Shown here piece after piece: positions 8,381-15,248 of a DNA stretch of 15,248 nt. Source of the DNA: a virus. Its lineage: Duplodnaviria; Heunggongvirae; Uroviricota; Caudoviricetes. Position 1 is the stretch's first letter. Each line of letters begins with the position of its first letter. A program made the position numbers and the translations under genes. The stretch lies in the IMG/VR virus record IMGVR_UViG_2675903575_000011. One strand, 5' to 3'. The notes beneath the pieces are model-generated. The model ran no database searches and was not told the DNA's origin. It was given only the letters and a program-made list of their open reading frames with translations.

Positions 8381-8569
8381 ATGCAGGACTATTTTTTGGA
8401 GTCTTTGAAGCTCCAGCGCATTGATTTTTTTCTTAAGCTTGTAGCGGCTAGTGAGTGTAGTGATGAAGAGAAGGGGCTGGCCCTGCAGTGGGTTTCTGAA
8501 CTAACAGATGAACTCATGGCAAAAATCAGAACCCACGAATACAACCGCTCAATGGATGTCATCAGCTGA
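8381..8569 (+). CDS. Small SOS-controlled protein (62 aa); candidate Tum-like antirepressor
   Basis: RBS aggagga at 8371..8377, ATG at 8381; first gene downstream of the LexA box, in the position of the 186 tum operon. Function is inferred from context only. Confidence 0.4.
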   Translation: MQDYFLESLKLQRIDFFLKLVAASECSDEEKGLALQWVSELTDELMAKIRTHEYNRSMDVIS

Positions 8570-8579
8570 GGTGACTTTT

Positions 8580-8813
8580 ATGCGCATTGAAATAATGATC
8601 GATAAAGAGCAGAAGATTAGCCAGTCTACCCTGGACGCTCTGGAGTCCGAGCTTTACCGCAACCTGCGCCCCCTGTATCCCAAAACGGTAATTCGTATCC
8701 GCAAAGGTAGCTCTAACGGTGTGGAACTTACCGGACTGCAACTGGACGAAGAAAGAAAACAAGTGATGAAAATTATGCAGAAAGTGTGGGAAGACGACAG
8801 CTGGCTGCATTAA
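8580..8813 (+). CDS. dinI: DinI-family protein
   Basis: 77-aa ORF, MRIEIMIDK...LDALESEL...WEDDSWLH, closely parallels E. coli DinI as recalled (MRIEVTIAK...IDALAGEL...WESADDWF). RBS gaggtg at 8567..8572. Confidence 0.8.
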   Translation: MRIEIMIDKEQKISQSTLDALESELYRNLRPLYPKTVIRIRKGSSNGVELTGLQLDEERKQVMKIMQKVWEDDSWLH

Positions 8814-8948
8814 GAAACGTTGCTGGCGTCTGAACTTGCTTCTGGCGTCAGCAAGGTTGAACAACGAGCCCTTGCGAGGCGTTAGCTCTGTAGTGCATGT
8901 CTATGCCGCATGAGATCGCATGATCGTTTGAGGATCGTTTTTGCTAAG

Positions 8949-8972
8949 GCCCGCCAGAACTGGCGGGCTTTT
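8949..8972 (+). terminator. Rho-independent terminator closing the LexA-controlled operon
   Basis: Perfect GC-rich inverted repeat GCCCGCCAG / CTGGCGGGC (8949..8957 and 8960..8968) followed by TTTT (8969..8972). Confidence 0.7.
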
Positions 8973-9017
8973 GCGTAGATCATGCAGGTGCATGAAAACC
9001 ACTGCATAAAGCGGGCA

Positions 9018-9036
9018 GGCGTGGCGGGGATACGAG
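9018..9036. other. Putative cos (cohesive-end) site
   Basis: GGCGTGGCGGGGATACGAG; the first 13 nt match the P2/186 19-nt cohesive-end sequence as I recall it (GGCG[A/T]GGCGGGGAAAGCA[C/T]). Located between the replication/SOS region and the portal gene, as expected. Confidence 0.4.
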
Positions 9037-9137
9037 CGCGCGCAACAGTGTAACAATCTGGATCTAATGTGATATAGTTACTGTAAATATTATTAACTAT
9101 TCTTATATGCATTATTAAATATTTTAATGGAGCGTTT

Positions 9138-10811
9138 ATGGAAAAATATCAAGATGAGGAATATGTAGATGATTTAACTGAGCGTGTTTTTCTCATTAAG
9201 CAACAACTGGAAGCGGGAAAACTAAAAATAGCTCATCATCTTGTAGAAGGTTTTATTGAAAGTTTTAAAAGAATAAGGCTGCGACAGGATGGTAAAGTTG
9301 ACCCTTCTACTGTTGATGGCAGAATAAGGGCTATGGGAGCAGCGGTTAATCACTTTTTAGAAAGAGAAGATATAAAAAACAAATACTCTATTCAGGACTT
9401 GCAAAGTTCTTACTTTAATATTCTTTTTAGTAATTTTGGCGAGTTGTTTTATCTGATGAAAAAAACTAATGCAACGCCACATAAAGCATCAAGTTTTTTT
9501 TCTCAACAAGAAGAATATGTTAAGCAAATAGAAGATATTTTTCCTGAGTTATATAATCAGGTAATAGAGTTTTGGCAGGTAACATCCGATATTGGTGTAA
9601 TACATTTGCAGGATGGTTCTCAGTTTAAAGCTAATTTTTCTGGTGACTTATTTCCTGCATTTGATGAGAATGCTGTCTCTATTGCAGGGTTGTATGTTGA
9701 TACTATTTCACTTCCATGTCCTATATTAAGAGTCGGTCGTCTCTATGAAAAGTCAGATAAGGCTGAGTTTACAAGGATACTTCTGAAGCATGTCCTAACA
9801 TGTATGACATATAAAGAAGTAGCGCTTGAAGATATAGAGCCAGCAATAGTATTAATTTTGCCGGATAGAAGAGATTTTGAAACTGAGAGCAAAAAAAATT
9901 TGATGAGTTTTTGTGAGCCTTATGCTCTGACTCATGCGCAATATCTCTATGATCGACGGTTCGAAAGCTACGATGAATTTCGAGATTTTAGTTATTCGAT
10001 GAATGATATTGATGCTGTTCTTAAAAATATTAAGAGAGCAGATAGACTTATTTTTGATACAGCATGGGGGCTAAATCCAAAAACTCAATTAGAAAAACTA
10101 CTATCTGATAAAAAAAGAATATCACGTAATGTTGTTGGTGATCATGCTGGAATGGAGGTTTTCCTTTCCTGCATTGGAAGAATGCCGCAAGCCTATTCAG
10201 CAAAATGTAATGCACAAGAACTTGGTAGTACTCCATATATAAATGCAGACACATCTTGGCTCTATTATACTTGGCTTATTGAGTACGAATCTCTTAATTT
10301 TGATGTCAATGATATTGAACTAAAAAATTTGCATATGGTTCATGCGTTATCTGCTGGTATGCAAGATGGTTTTTCATGGTTAGGAAATGTACCGGTCAAT
10401 AAAATAATTGAGTTGAGACGTAACAAATTGATGGAGGATGTAAGATCCATCTTATCAAATGGTGTTGACTCTTTAATCAATTCTTCGGCAGAGAGCTTTT
10501 CGAGGACAACGCAAAAAGTAATTGATAATGTAGACCGGGCTTTTATTGAACATCAAAGGATTCTTGCAAAAGCCCAAAAAGAGAAATTGAGAATTTACGG
10601 ACTAGATGTCCTACCATGTATCGCAAATGGTGCTATAGCAATTGCTGGAGCGCTGACTGGCAATACTACTTTAACGGCGTTAAGTGCAGGCCTTGGAGTA
10701 ATAGGTATTCCGAGTATTAGTGATATCAAATCTAAATTTAAGCAGAGGCAAGAGAAGCTTGATGCCTATCAACGTTCTGTTACAGGTATACTCTTTAGCC
10801 ATAAATCTTAA
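9138..10811 (+). CDS. Orphan AT-rich 557-aa protein, unknown function; candidate phage-borne defence/exclusion protein (soluble N-terminal region plus C-terminal glycine-rich hydrophobic hairpin)
   Basis: Long uninterrupted ORF with RBS (ggag at 9129..9132) 5 nt before ATG 9138. Composition visibly AT-rich versus flanking phage genes. No Walker A or other motif I can recognise. C-terminal ANGAIAIAGALTG...LSAGLGVIGIPSI is hydrophobic and glycine-zipper-like. Convergent with the portal gene and ended by a hairpin. Confidence 0.7.
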   Translation: MEKYQDEEYVDDLTERVFLIKQQLEAGKLKIAHHLVEGFIESFKRIRLRQDGKVDPSTVDGRIRAMGAAVNHFLEREDIKNKYSIQDLQSSYFNILFSNFGELFYLMKKTNATPHKASSFFSQQEEYVKQIEDIFPELYNQVIEFWQVTSDIGVIHLQDGSQFKANFSGDLFPAFDENAVSIAGLYVDTISLPCPILRVGRLYEKSDKAEFTRILLKHVLTCMTYKEVALEDIEPAIVLILPDRRDFETESKKNLMSFCEPYALTHAQYLYDRRFESYDEFRDFSYSMNDIDAVLKNIKRADRLIFDTAWGLNPKTQLEKLLSDKKRISRNVVGDHAGMEVFLSCIGRMPQAYSAKCNAQELGSTPYINADTSWLYYTWLIEYESLNFDVNDIELKNLHMVHALSAGMQDGFSWLGNVPVNKIIELRRNKLMEDVRSILSNGVDSLINSSAESFSRTTQKVIDNVDRAFIEHQRILAKAQKEKLRIYGLDVLPCIANGAIAIAGALTGNTTLTALSAGLGVIGIPSISDIKSKFKQRQEKLDAYQRSVTGILFSHKS

Positions 10812-10816
10812 TGTAG

Positions 10817-10837
10817 AGGGCCGAGGTATTCGGCCCT
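10817..10837 (+). terminator. Hairpin between the convergent 557-aa gene and portal gene; likely terminator
   Basis: AGGGCCG (10817..10823), 7-nt loop, CGGCCCT (10831..10837), followed by TAGTTTTAT on the plus strand. Confidence 0.5.
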
Positions 10838-10842
10838 TAGTT

Positions 10843-11874
10843 TTATATGAAACTGTATGGCATGAATTTTATTATGTCATCTTTGAGCCATTTATTGAGT
10901 TCTTCTATTCTGTTTTGTAGCGGTATCAATTCATTACGCATAAAAACCTTACTAGCCTTCTCCACATCCCCAAATCCCCCAACATTATTCGGCATTATCC
11001 CCATCATTTGCGGCGGCACTCGGTGTGCTGCCATCATGTCATCCCGGCTCACGTTCTTGATATTCAAAAATTCATCCTTTGCCGCGACTTCTGACAGAGG
11101 AATAATCTGAAGCCCGTCTTTTTTGCCGTTAGGCGAGTACATAAACAGGTTGCGGAAGTTGCCTGGACCTTTGGCGCTTTTCATCGCGTTACGGAGATTG
11201 TTTACATCTTCCTGGTTCTGCGCGGCGTCGGTCATGTACATGATGAAGCCTGCATGGCTGCCGTTGATGTAATACTTACGGCGGAACAGCGTGGCGGACT
11301 CGTTGAGCAGGGCTGACGGAATGGCAGAAAGATAACCGGGCAGGCCGTAGATCTCCTGGTTGATATCTGGTTCCATCAGATGAAAAATGCTGCCTTTCGT
11401 GAACTGATACGGTTGCGTGGTCATACCGTATTGCACAAACCAGTAGGTATCCAGGTCTAACCCGCGTCGGGTATATTTTGCCAGGGCAGGCTCAAGAGCG
11501 ATAATTTCACCGAACCGGTTCGTGCGTTTCTCCAGATAGGCGTTACCAAATACCAGATAGTCCTGCACAAAACGTGAAAAAGCCTGCTGGCTGAGCAGCG
11601 GGTGAGGGATGTAGGTGCTGGTCAGAATGTTGCACTTTACTGCAATCGGGGAACTATGATGAACGGCAGCGCGGAAGGTGCGCGCCAGTCCGTCAAAGCT
11701 GACGGGCGGCTCATACCAGCGGTCCATCTGTACGCATTCCACATAATCCAGCAGTTCTCGGCGGTCCAGAACAGGAACGGGATCGCCGAAGCTGAATGCT
11801 TCGGCTGTAGTTTGACTTTTAAGCTGGATCTGTTTCGTCGCCGCAGCGCGGTTCTTCTTACTCTTTCCCATCAA
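10843..11874 (-). CDS. Q: Portal protein (P2 gpQ family)
   Basis: 343-aa ORF, the size of P2 gpQ, immediately downstream of and overlapping (ATGA) the large terminase gene on the minus strand, as in the P2 PQ operon. Confidence 0.85.
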   Translation of the reverse strand: MMGKSKKNRAAATKQIQLKSQTTAEAFSFGDPVPVLDRRELLDYVECVQMDRWYEPPVSFDGLARTFRAAVHHSSPIAVKCNILTSTYIPHPLLSQQAFSRFVQDYLVFGNAYLEKRTNRFGEIIALEPALAKYTRRGLDLDTYWFVQYGMTTQPYQFTKGSIFHLMEPDINQEIYGLPGYLSAIPSALLNESATLFRRKYYINGSHAGFIMYMTDAAQNQEDVNNLRNAMKSAKGPGNFRNLFMYSPNGKKDGLQIIPLSEVAAKDEFLNIKNVSRDDMMAAHRVPPQMMGIMPNNVGGFGDVEKASKVFMRNELIPLQNRIEELNKWLKDDIIKFMPYSFI

Positions 11875-13385
11875 AAAAACTCCACAATATTGCTGGTATT
11901 GGCGGATTCGCCCTGCAGCGGTTCGTTAAACAGTGCGTGCATCGTTGCCCAGGCCAGATCGGCGTGGCTGGCTTCTTCGCTGCGGCTGGCTTCATAGGTC
12001 GGGCGGTTGCCACTGGCGGTGGTGGCGCGACGGATTGCCATAAAGGACTGCGCTATGTCGGTGTGTCCGGCGTCAAACTCCAGACGGCGGTGGCTGATAA
12101 TGTCGTAGGCCTTGAGTACCAGGGCGTTTTTAACGTTGGGGTTGTAGACAAACTCCCGGACGGCAGGAAAAAACGCTTTCACGTTCTCGTAAACCCCGTG
12201 ACCAACGCCGGTTGAGTCGATACCGATATAGGTCACGTTGTACTGTTCGGTCAGTTTTTTGATGGCGTCAGCCTGGGCGCGGAAGTCCATTCCGCGCCAC
12301 TGGTGACGCTCAAGAATGCGGAACTTACCGCCCGGCACGGCTGGCGGCGCCACCACCACGCATCCGGCGCTGTCGCCGTTCTGCGTACCTTTCGCCGGGT
12401 CATATCCGATCCACACTTCGCGCCAGCCAAACGGGCGCAGGGCCAGTGCATGAAAGTCGGTCCAGACTTCCCAACTGTCCACCATGCACGCCTGCAGCTC
12501 GCTGAGTGGGAACACAGACGCGAGATCGTCCACGAACTCACACATCAGCAGGTTCTGGTATTCGTCCGGGCTGTACTCCATGCGCAACTGGTCGAGGTCG
12601 AACAGGTTACAGCCGCCGCGCACCGCATCTTCCACAGTGACTATCTGGCGGTACTGCCCGTCTGCGCACAGCAGGCCGGGGGCCAGATTGCTGTGGGACA
12701 GGTCGATGTCCACCTTATCGGCTTTGTTGCGCCCTCGGTTGAACAGCGCACCGGACCAGAACGGATAAGCACTGTGTGTCAGGCTGGATGGCGTGGAAAA
12801 ATAGGTTTGTCGCCATTTTTTGTGAATAGCCATACCGGAAGCCACTTTGCGCAGCTCCTGGAATTTCGGTATCCAGAAATATTCATCCAGATACAGGTTG
12901 CCGTGGTAACTCTGGGCCGTGCGGGCATTGGTGCCGAGGAAGTACAGCGTGGCCCCGTTAGGAAGCACCATCGGATCGCCTTTCAGCTCCACCTCCACTT
13001 CTTTGGCGAAGTCGATGATGTACTGCTTAAAGACGTGGGCCTGAGCCTTGCTGGCGGAAAGGAAAATCTGGTTACGCCCGGTTAGCAGGGCGTCAATCAG
13101 GGCTTCACGGGCAAAATAGAAGGTCGCGCCGATCTGGCGTGACTTCAGCAGGTTGCGGATGCGGTTGGTTTTTCCGGCTTCCCACCAGTGGCGCTGGTAG
13201 TTGAACATGGAGGAATGGAAGATTTCTTCCAGCTTCTCAATCTGTTCATCGGTGAAAACGTTCTTTTCCGGCTGACGGCGCGGGCCTTTGTTGCGGTTGG
13301 CGACGTTAGGGTTTAAGTCGGCTTCGTTGCCGCCATTGTTAAACTTGCCGATCCGCGCATGGCGCTCCGACTGGCGCGCCAGCAG
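11871..13385 (-). CDS. P: Terminase large subunit (P2 gpP family), partial: N-terminal coding end lost in the assembly gap
   Basis: 504 codons of continuous ORF reading into the N-run; size and position upstream of Q and divergent from O-N match gpP. The N-terminal ATPase motifs would lie in the gap. Confidence 0.85.
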   Translation of the reverse strand: MLARQSERHARIGKFNNGGNEADLNPNVANRNKGPRRQPEKNVFTDEQIEKLEEIFHSSMFNYQRHWWEAGKTNRIRNLLKSRQIGATFYFAREALIDALLTGRNQIFLSASKAQAHVFKQYIIDFAKEVEVELKGDPMVLPNGATLYFLGTNARTAQSYHGNLYLDEYFWIPKFQELRKVASGMAIHKKWRQTYFSTPSSLTHSAYPFWSGALFNRGRNKADKVDIDLSHSNLAPGLLCADGQYRQIVTVEDAVRGGCNLFDLDQLRMEYSPDEYQNLLMCEFVDDLASVFPLSELQACMVDSWEVWTDFHALALRPFGWREVWIGYDPAKGTQNGDSAGCVVVAPPAVPGGKFRILERHQWRGMDFRAQADAIKKLTEQYNVTYIGIDSTGVGHGVYENVKAFFPAVREFVYNPNVKNALVLKAYDIISHRRLEFDAGHTDIAQSFMAIRRATTASGNRPTYEASRSEEASHADLAWATMHALFNEPLQGESANTSNIVEFF

Positions 13386-13901
13386 NNNNNNNNNNNNNNN
13401 NNNNNNNNNNNNNNNNNNNNNNNNNNNNNNNNNNNNNNNNNNNNNNNNNNNNNNNNNNNNNNNNNNNNNNNNNNNNNNNNNNNNNNNNNNNNNNNNNNNN
13501 NNNNNNNNNNNNNNNNNNNNNNNNNNNNNNNNNNNNNNNNNNNNNNNNNNNNNNNNNNNNNNNNNNNNNNNNNNNNNNNNNNNNNNNNNNNNNNNNNNNN
13601 NNNNNNNNNNNNNNNNNNNNNNNNNNNNNNNNNNNNNNNNNNNNNNNNNNNNNNNNNNNNNNNNNNNNNNNNNNNNNNNNNNNNNNNNNNNNNNNNNNNN
13701 NNNNNNNNNNNNNNNNNNNNNNNNNNNNNNNNNNNNNNNNNNNNNNNNNNNNNNNNNNNNNNNNNNNNNNNNNNNNNNNNNNNNNNNNNNNNNNNNNNNN
13801 NNNNNNNNNNNNNNNNNNNNNNNNNNNNNNNNNNNNNNNNNNNNNNNNNNNNNNNNNNNNNNNNNNNNNNNNNNNNNNNNNNNNNNNNNNNNNNNNNNNN
13901 N
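13386..13901. other. Assembly gap (516 N)
   Basis: Uninterrupted run of n; length is consistent with the X counts in the ORF track. Confidence 1.
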
Positions 13902-13903
13902 CA

Positions 13904-14473
13904 ACGGAGTCCCTGGTGGAACTGGTGAAAAAAGGCCAGAAATTATTCACCTCTATGGAAGTCAGCCCGAAGTTCGCTGATACGGGCAAAGCCTATCTGG
14001 TCGGCCTGGCTGCCACTGATGACCCTGCCAGTCTGGGTACGGAAATGCTGACATTCAGCGCCAGTGCAGCCCATAACCCGCTGGCAAACCGCAAGCAGAA
14101 TCCTGCCAATCTCTTTACCGCTGCAGAGGAAACGGTGATCGAACTGGAAGAAATCCAGGACGACAAACCGTCCCTGTTTGCCCGCGTCACGGCGCTGTTT
14201 ACCAAAAAAGAGCAGTCCGATGACGCCCGGTTCTCTGATGTGCATAAGGCCGTGGAGTTGGTCGCCACTGAGCAGCAGAACCTGAGCGCACGCACCGAAA
14301 AATCCCTGTCTGAGCAGGAAGAACGCCTGTCTGAGCTGGAGACTGCCCTGCAGGCACAGCAAACCGCCTTTAACGAACTGGTGGACAAGCTGAGTCATGA
14401 AGACAGTCGCCAGGACTACCGCCAGCGTGCAACAGGCGGTAACGCCCCCGCTGACACTCTGACCAATTGCTGA
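13904..14473 (+). CDS. O: Capsid scaffolding protein (P2 gpO family), partial: 5' end in the gap
   Basis: ORF reading out of the gap, ending 16 nt before the major capsid gene. Acidic coiled-coil-like C-terminus (EQEERLSELETALQAQQTAFNELVDKL) typical of scaffolding proteins; position between P and N. Confidence 0.6.
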   Translation, partial: TESLVELVKKGQKLFTSMEVSPKFADTGKAYLVGLAATDDPASLGTEMLTFSASAAHNPLANRKQNPANLFTAAEETVIELEEIQDDKPSLFARVTALFTKKEQSDDARFSDVHKAVELVATEQQNLSARTEKSLSEQEERLSELETALQAQQTAFNELVDKLSHEDSRQDYRQRATGGNAPADTLTNC

Positions 14474-14489
14474 TGGAGCACAAAACCCG

Positions 14490-15248
14490 ATGAAGAAGAA
14501 TACCCGCTTTGCTTTTAACGCTTACCTGCAGCAGCTGGCGCGTCTGAACGGTGTGGCAGTTGAAGAACTGTCCAGCAAGTTCACCGTGGAGCCGTCTGTG
14601 CAGCAGACGCTGGAAGACCAGATCCAGCAGTCCGCCGCATTCCTGACGCTGATTAACGTCACGCCAGTGACTGAGCAGTCCGGTCAGCTGCTGGGGCTGG
14701 GAGTTGGCAGCACCATTGCCGGAACCACTGACACCACCGCGAAAGAGCGTGAACCTGTCGATCCGACGCTGATGGTCGATGTGGAATATAAATGCGAGCA
14801 GACCAACTTTGACACGGTGCTGACCTACGCGAAGCTGGACCTGTGGGCGAAGTTTCAGGATTTCCAGGTGCGCATCCGTGACGCCATCGTGAAACGTCAG
14901 GCTCTGGACCGCATCATGATCGGCTTTAACGGCGTGAAGCGTGCGAAAACCTCCAACCGTAGCGAAAACCCGCTGCTACAGGATGTGAACAAAGGCTGGC
15001 TGCAGAAAATCCGTGAAGATGCACCGGATCACGTCATGGGCAGTACCACCACGGGCGGTGAAACCACACCGGGTGCGGTGAAAGTCGGGAAAGGTGGCGA
15101 ATATGCCAACCTGGACGCCGTGGTGATGGATGCCGTCAATGAGCTTATCGATGTGGTCTACCAGGACGATGACGATCTGGTGGTGATTTGCGGTCGTGAA
15201 CTGCTGTCTGACAAGTATTTCCCGCTGGTCAACAAAGAGCAGGAAAAC
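14490..15248 (+). CDS. N: Major capsid protein (P2 gpN family), partial: runs off the window end
   Basis: ATG at 14490 with RBS ggag at 14475..14478; open in frame to the end of the window (253 codons); N-terminus MKKNTRFAFNAYLQQLARLNG... resembles P2-type major capsid proteins as recalled. Confidence 0.8.
   Translation, partial: MKKNTRFAFNAYLQQLARLNGVAVEELSSKFTVEPSVQQTLEDQIQQSAAFLTLINVTPVTEQSGQLLGLGVGSTIAGTTDTTAKEREPVDPTLMVDVEYKCEQTNFDTVLTYAKLDLWAKFQDFQVRIRDAIVKRQALDRIMIGFNGVKRAKTSNRSENPLLQDVNKGWLQKIREDAPDHVMGSTTTGGETTPGAVKVGKGGEYANLDAVVMDAVNELIDVVYQDDDDLVVICGRELLSDKYFPLVNKEQEN

Larger units (their letters stand above)
1..15248. mobile_element. P2/186-family prophage segment (lysogeny module, replication module, SOS antirepressor module, start of head-gene cluster)
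   Basis: Gene order int-cI / apl-cII-...-A / LexA-boxed operon / cos-like motif / Q-P (minus) / O-N (plus) matches the P2 and 186 layout; compact overlapping stop-start junctions typical of phage operons. Confidence 0.85.

Noticed and set aside
8820-8854. Imperfect inverted/direct repeat TTGCTGGCGTC...TGGCGTCAGCAA after the DinI-like gene
   Set aside because: Only a 6-bp stem with a 23-nt loop and no T-tract; the real terminator is the perfect hairpin at 8949..8972. Possible protein-binding repeat, but the evidence is too weak to call.
9079-9098. Second full LexA box upstream of the 557-aa gene
   Set aside because: Only the CTGT half-site and AT-rich spacer are present; the ACAG half-site is replaced by TTAA, so it is not called as an operator (kept as a finding about the shared 12-mer).
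12303-13085. 260-aa plus-strand ORF (and other ORFs at 11937..12768) inside the large terminase gene
   Set aside because: Antisense to the continuous terminase ORF; His/Arg/Ala-rich composition typical of GC-rich shadow frames.
1-15248. CRISPR array or IS element / transposase
   Set aside because: No regularly spaced direct repeats, no terminal inverted repeats and no transposase-like ORF were seen anywhere in the window.

Overview
This window is the left/central part of an integrated P2/186-family temperate prophage, with enterobacterial-type signals (LexA box, DinI homologue, Dam methylase). It reads: [AT-rich 4-TM membrane ORF, minus] - integrase (minus) - CI repressor (minus) - lytic promoter and direct repeats - Apl/Cox-like - CII - three small early ORFs - TraR/DksA zinc finger - DUF3850/ASCH - Dam methyltransferase - rolling-circle replication protein gpA - LexA-boxed two-gene operon (62-aa ORF plus DinI-like) - terminator - GATC cluster and putative cos - [AT-rich orphan 557-aa ORF] - portal gpQ (minus) - large terminase gpP (minus, 5' end lost in a 516-nt N-run) - scaffold gpO (5' end in the gap) - major capsid gpN (runs off the window). 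The best candidate for an undescribed system is the 557-aa ORF at 9138..10811, sitting where P2 carries its old/tin exclusion genes; it has a large soluble N-terminal region and a glycine-rich C-terminal hydrophobic hairpin. A second AT-rich cargo candidate is the membrane-protein gene 5 bp downstream of int. All family and product calls rest on motif recognition and recalled reference sequences; no database search was run.
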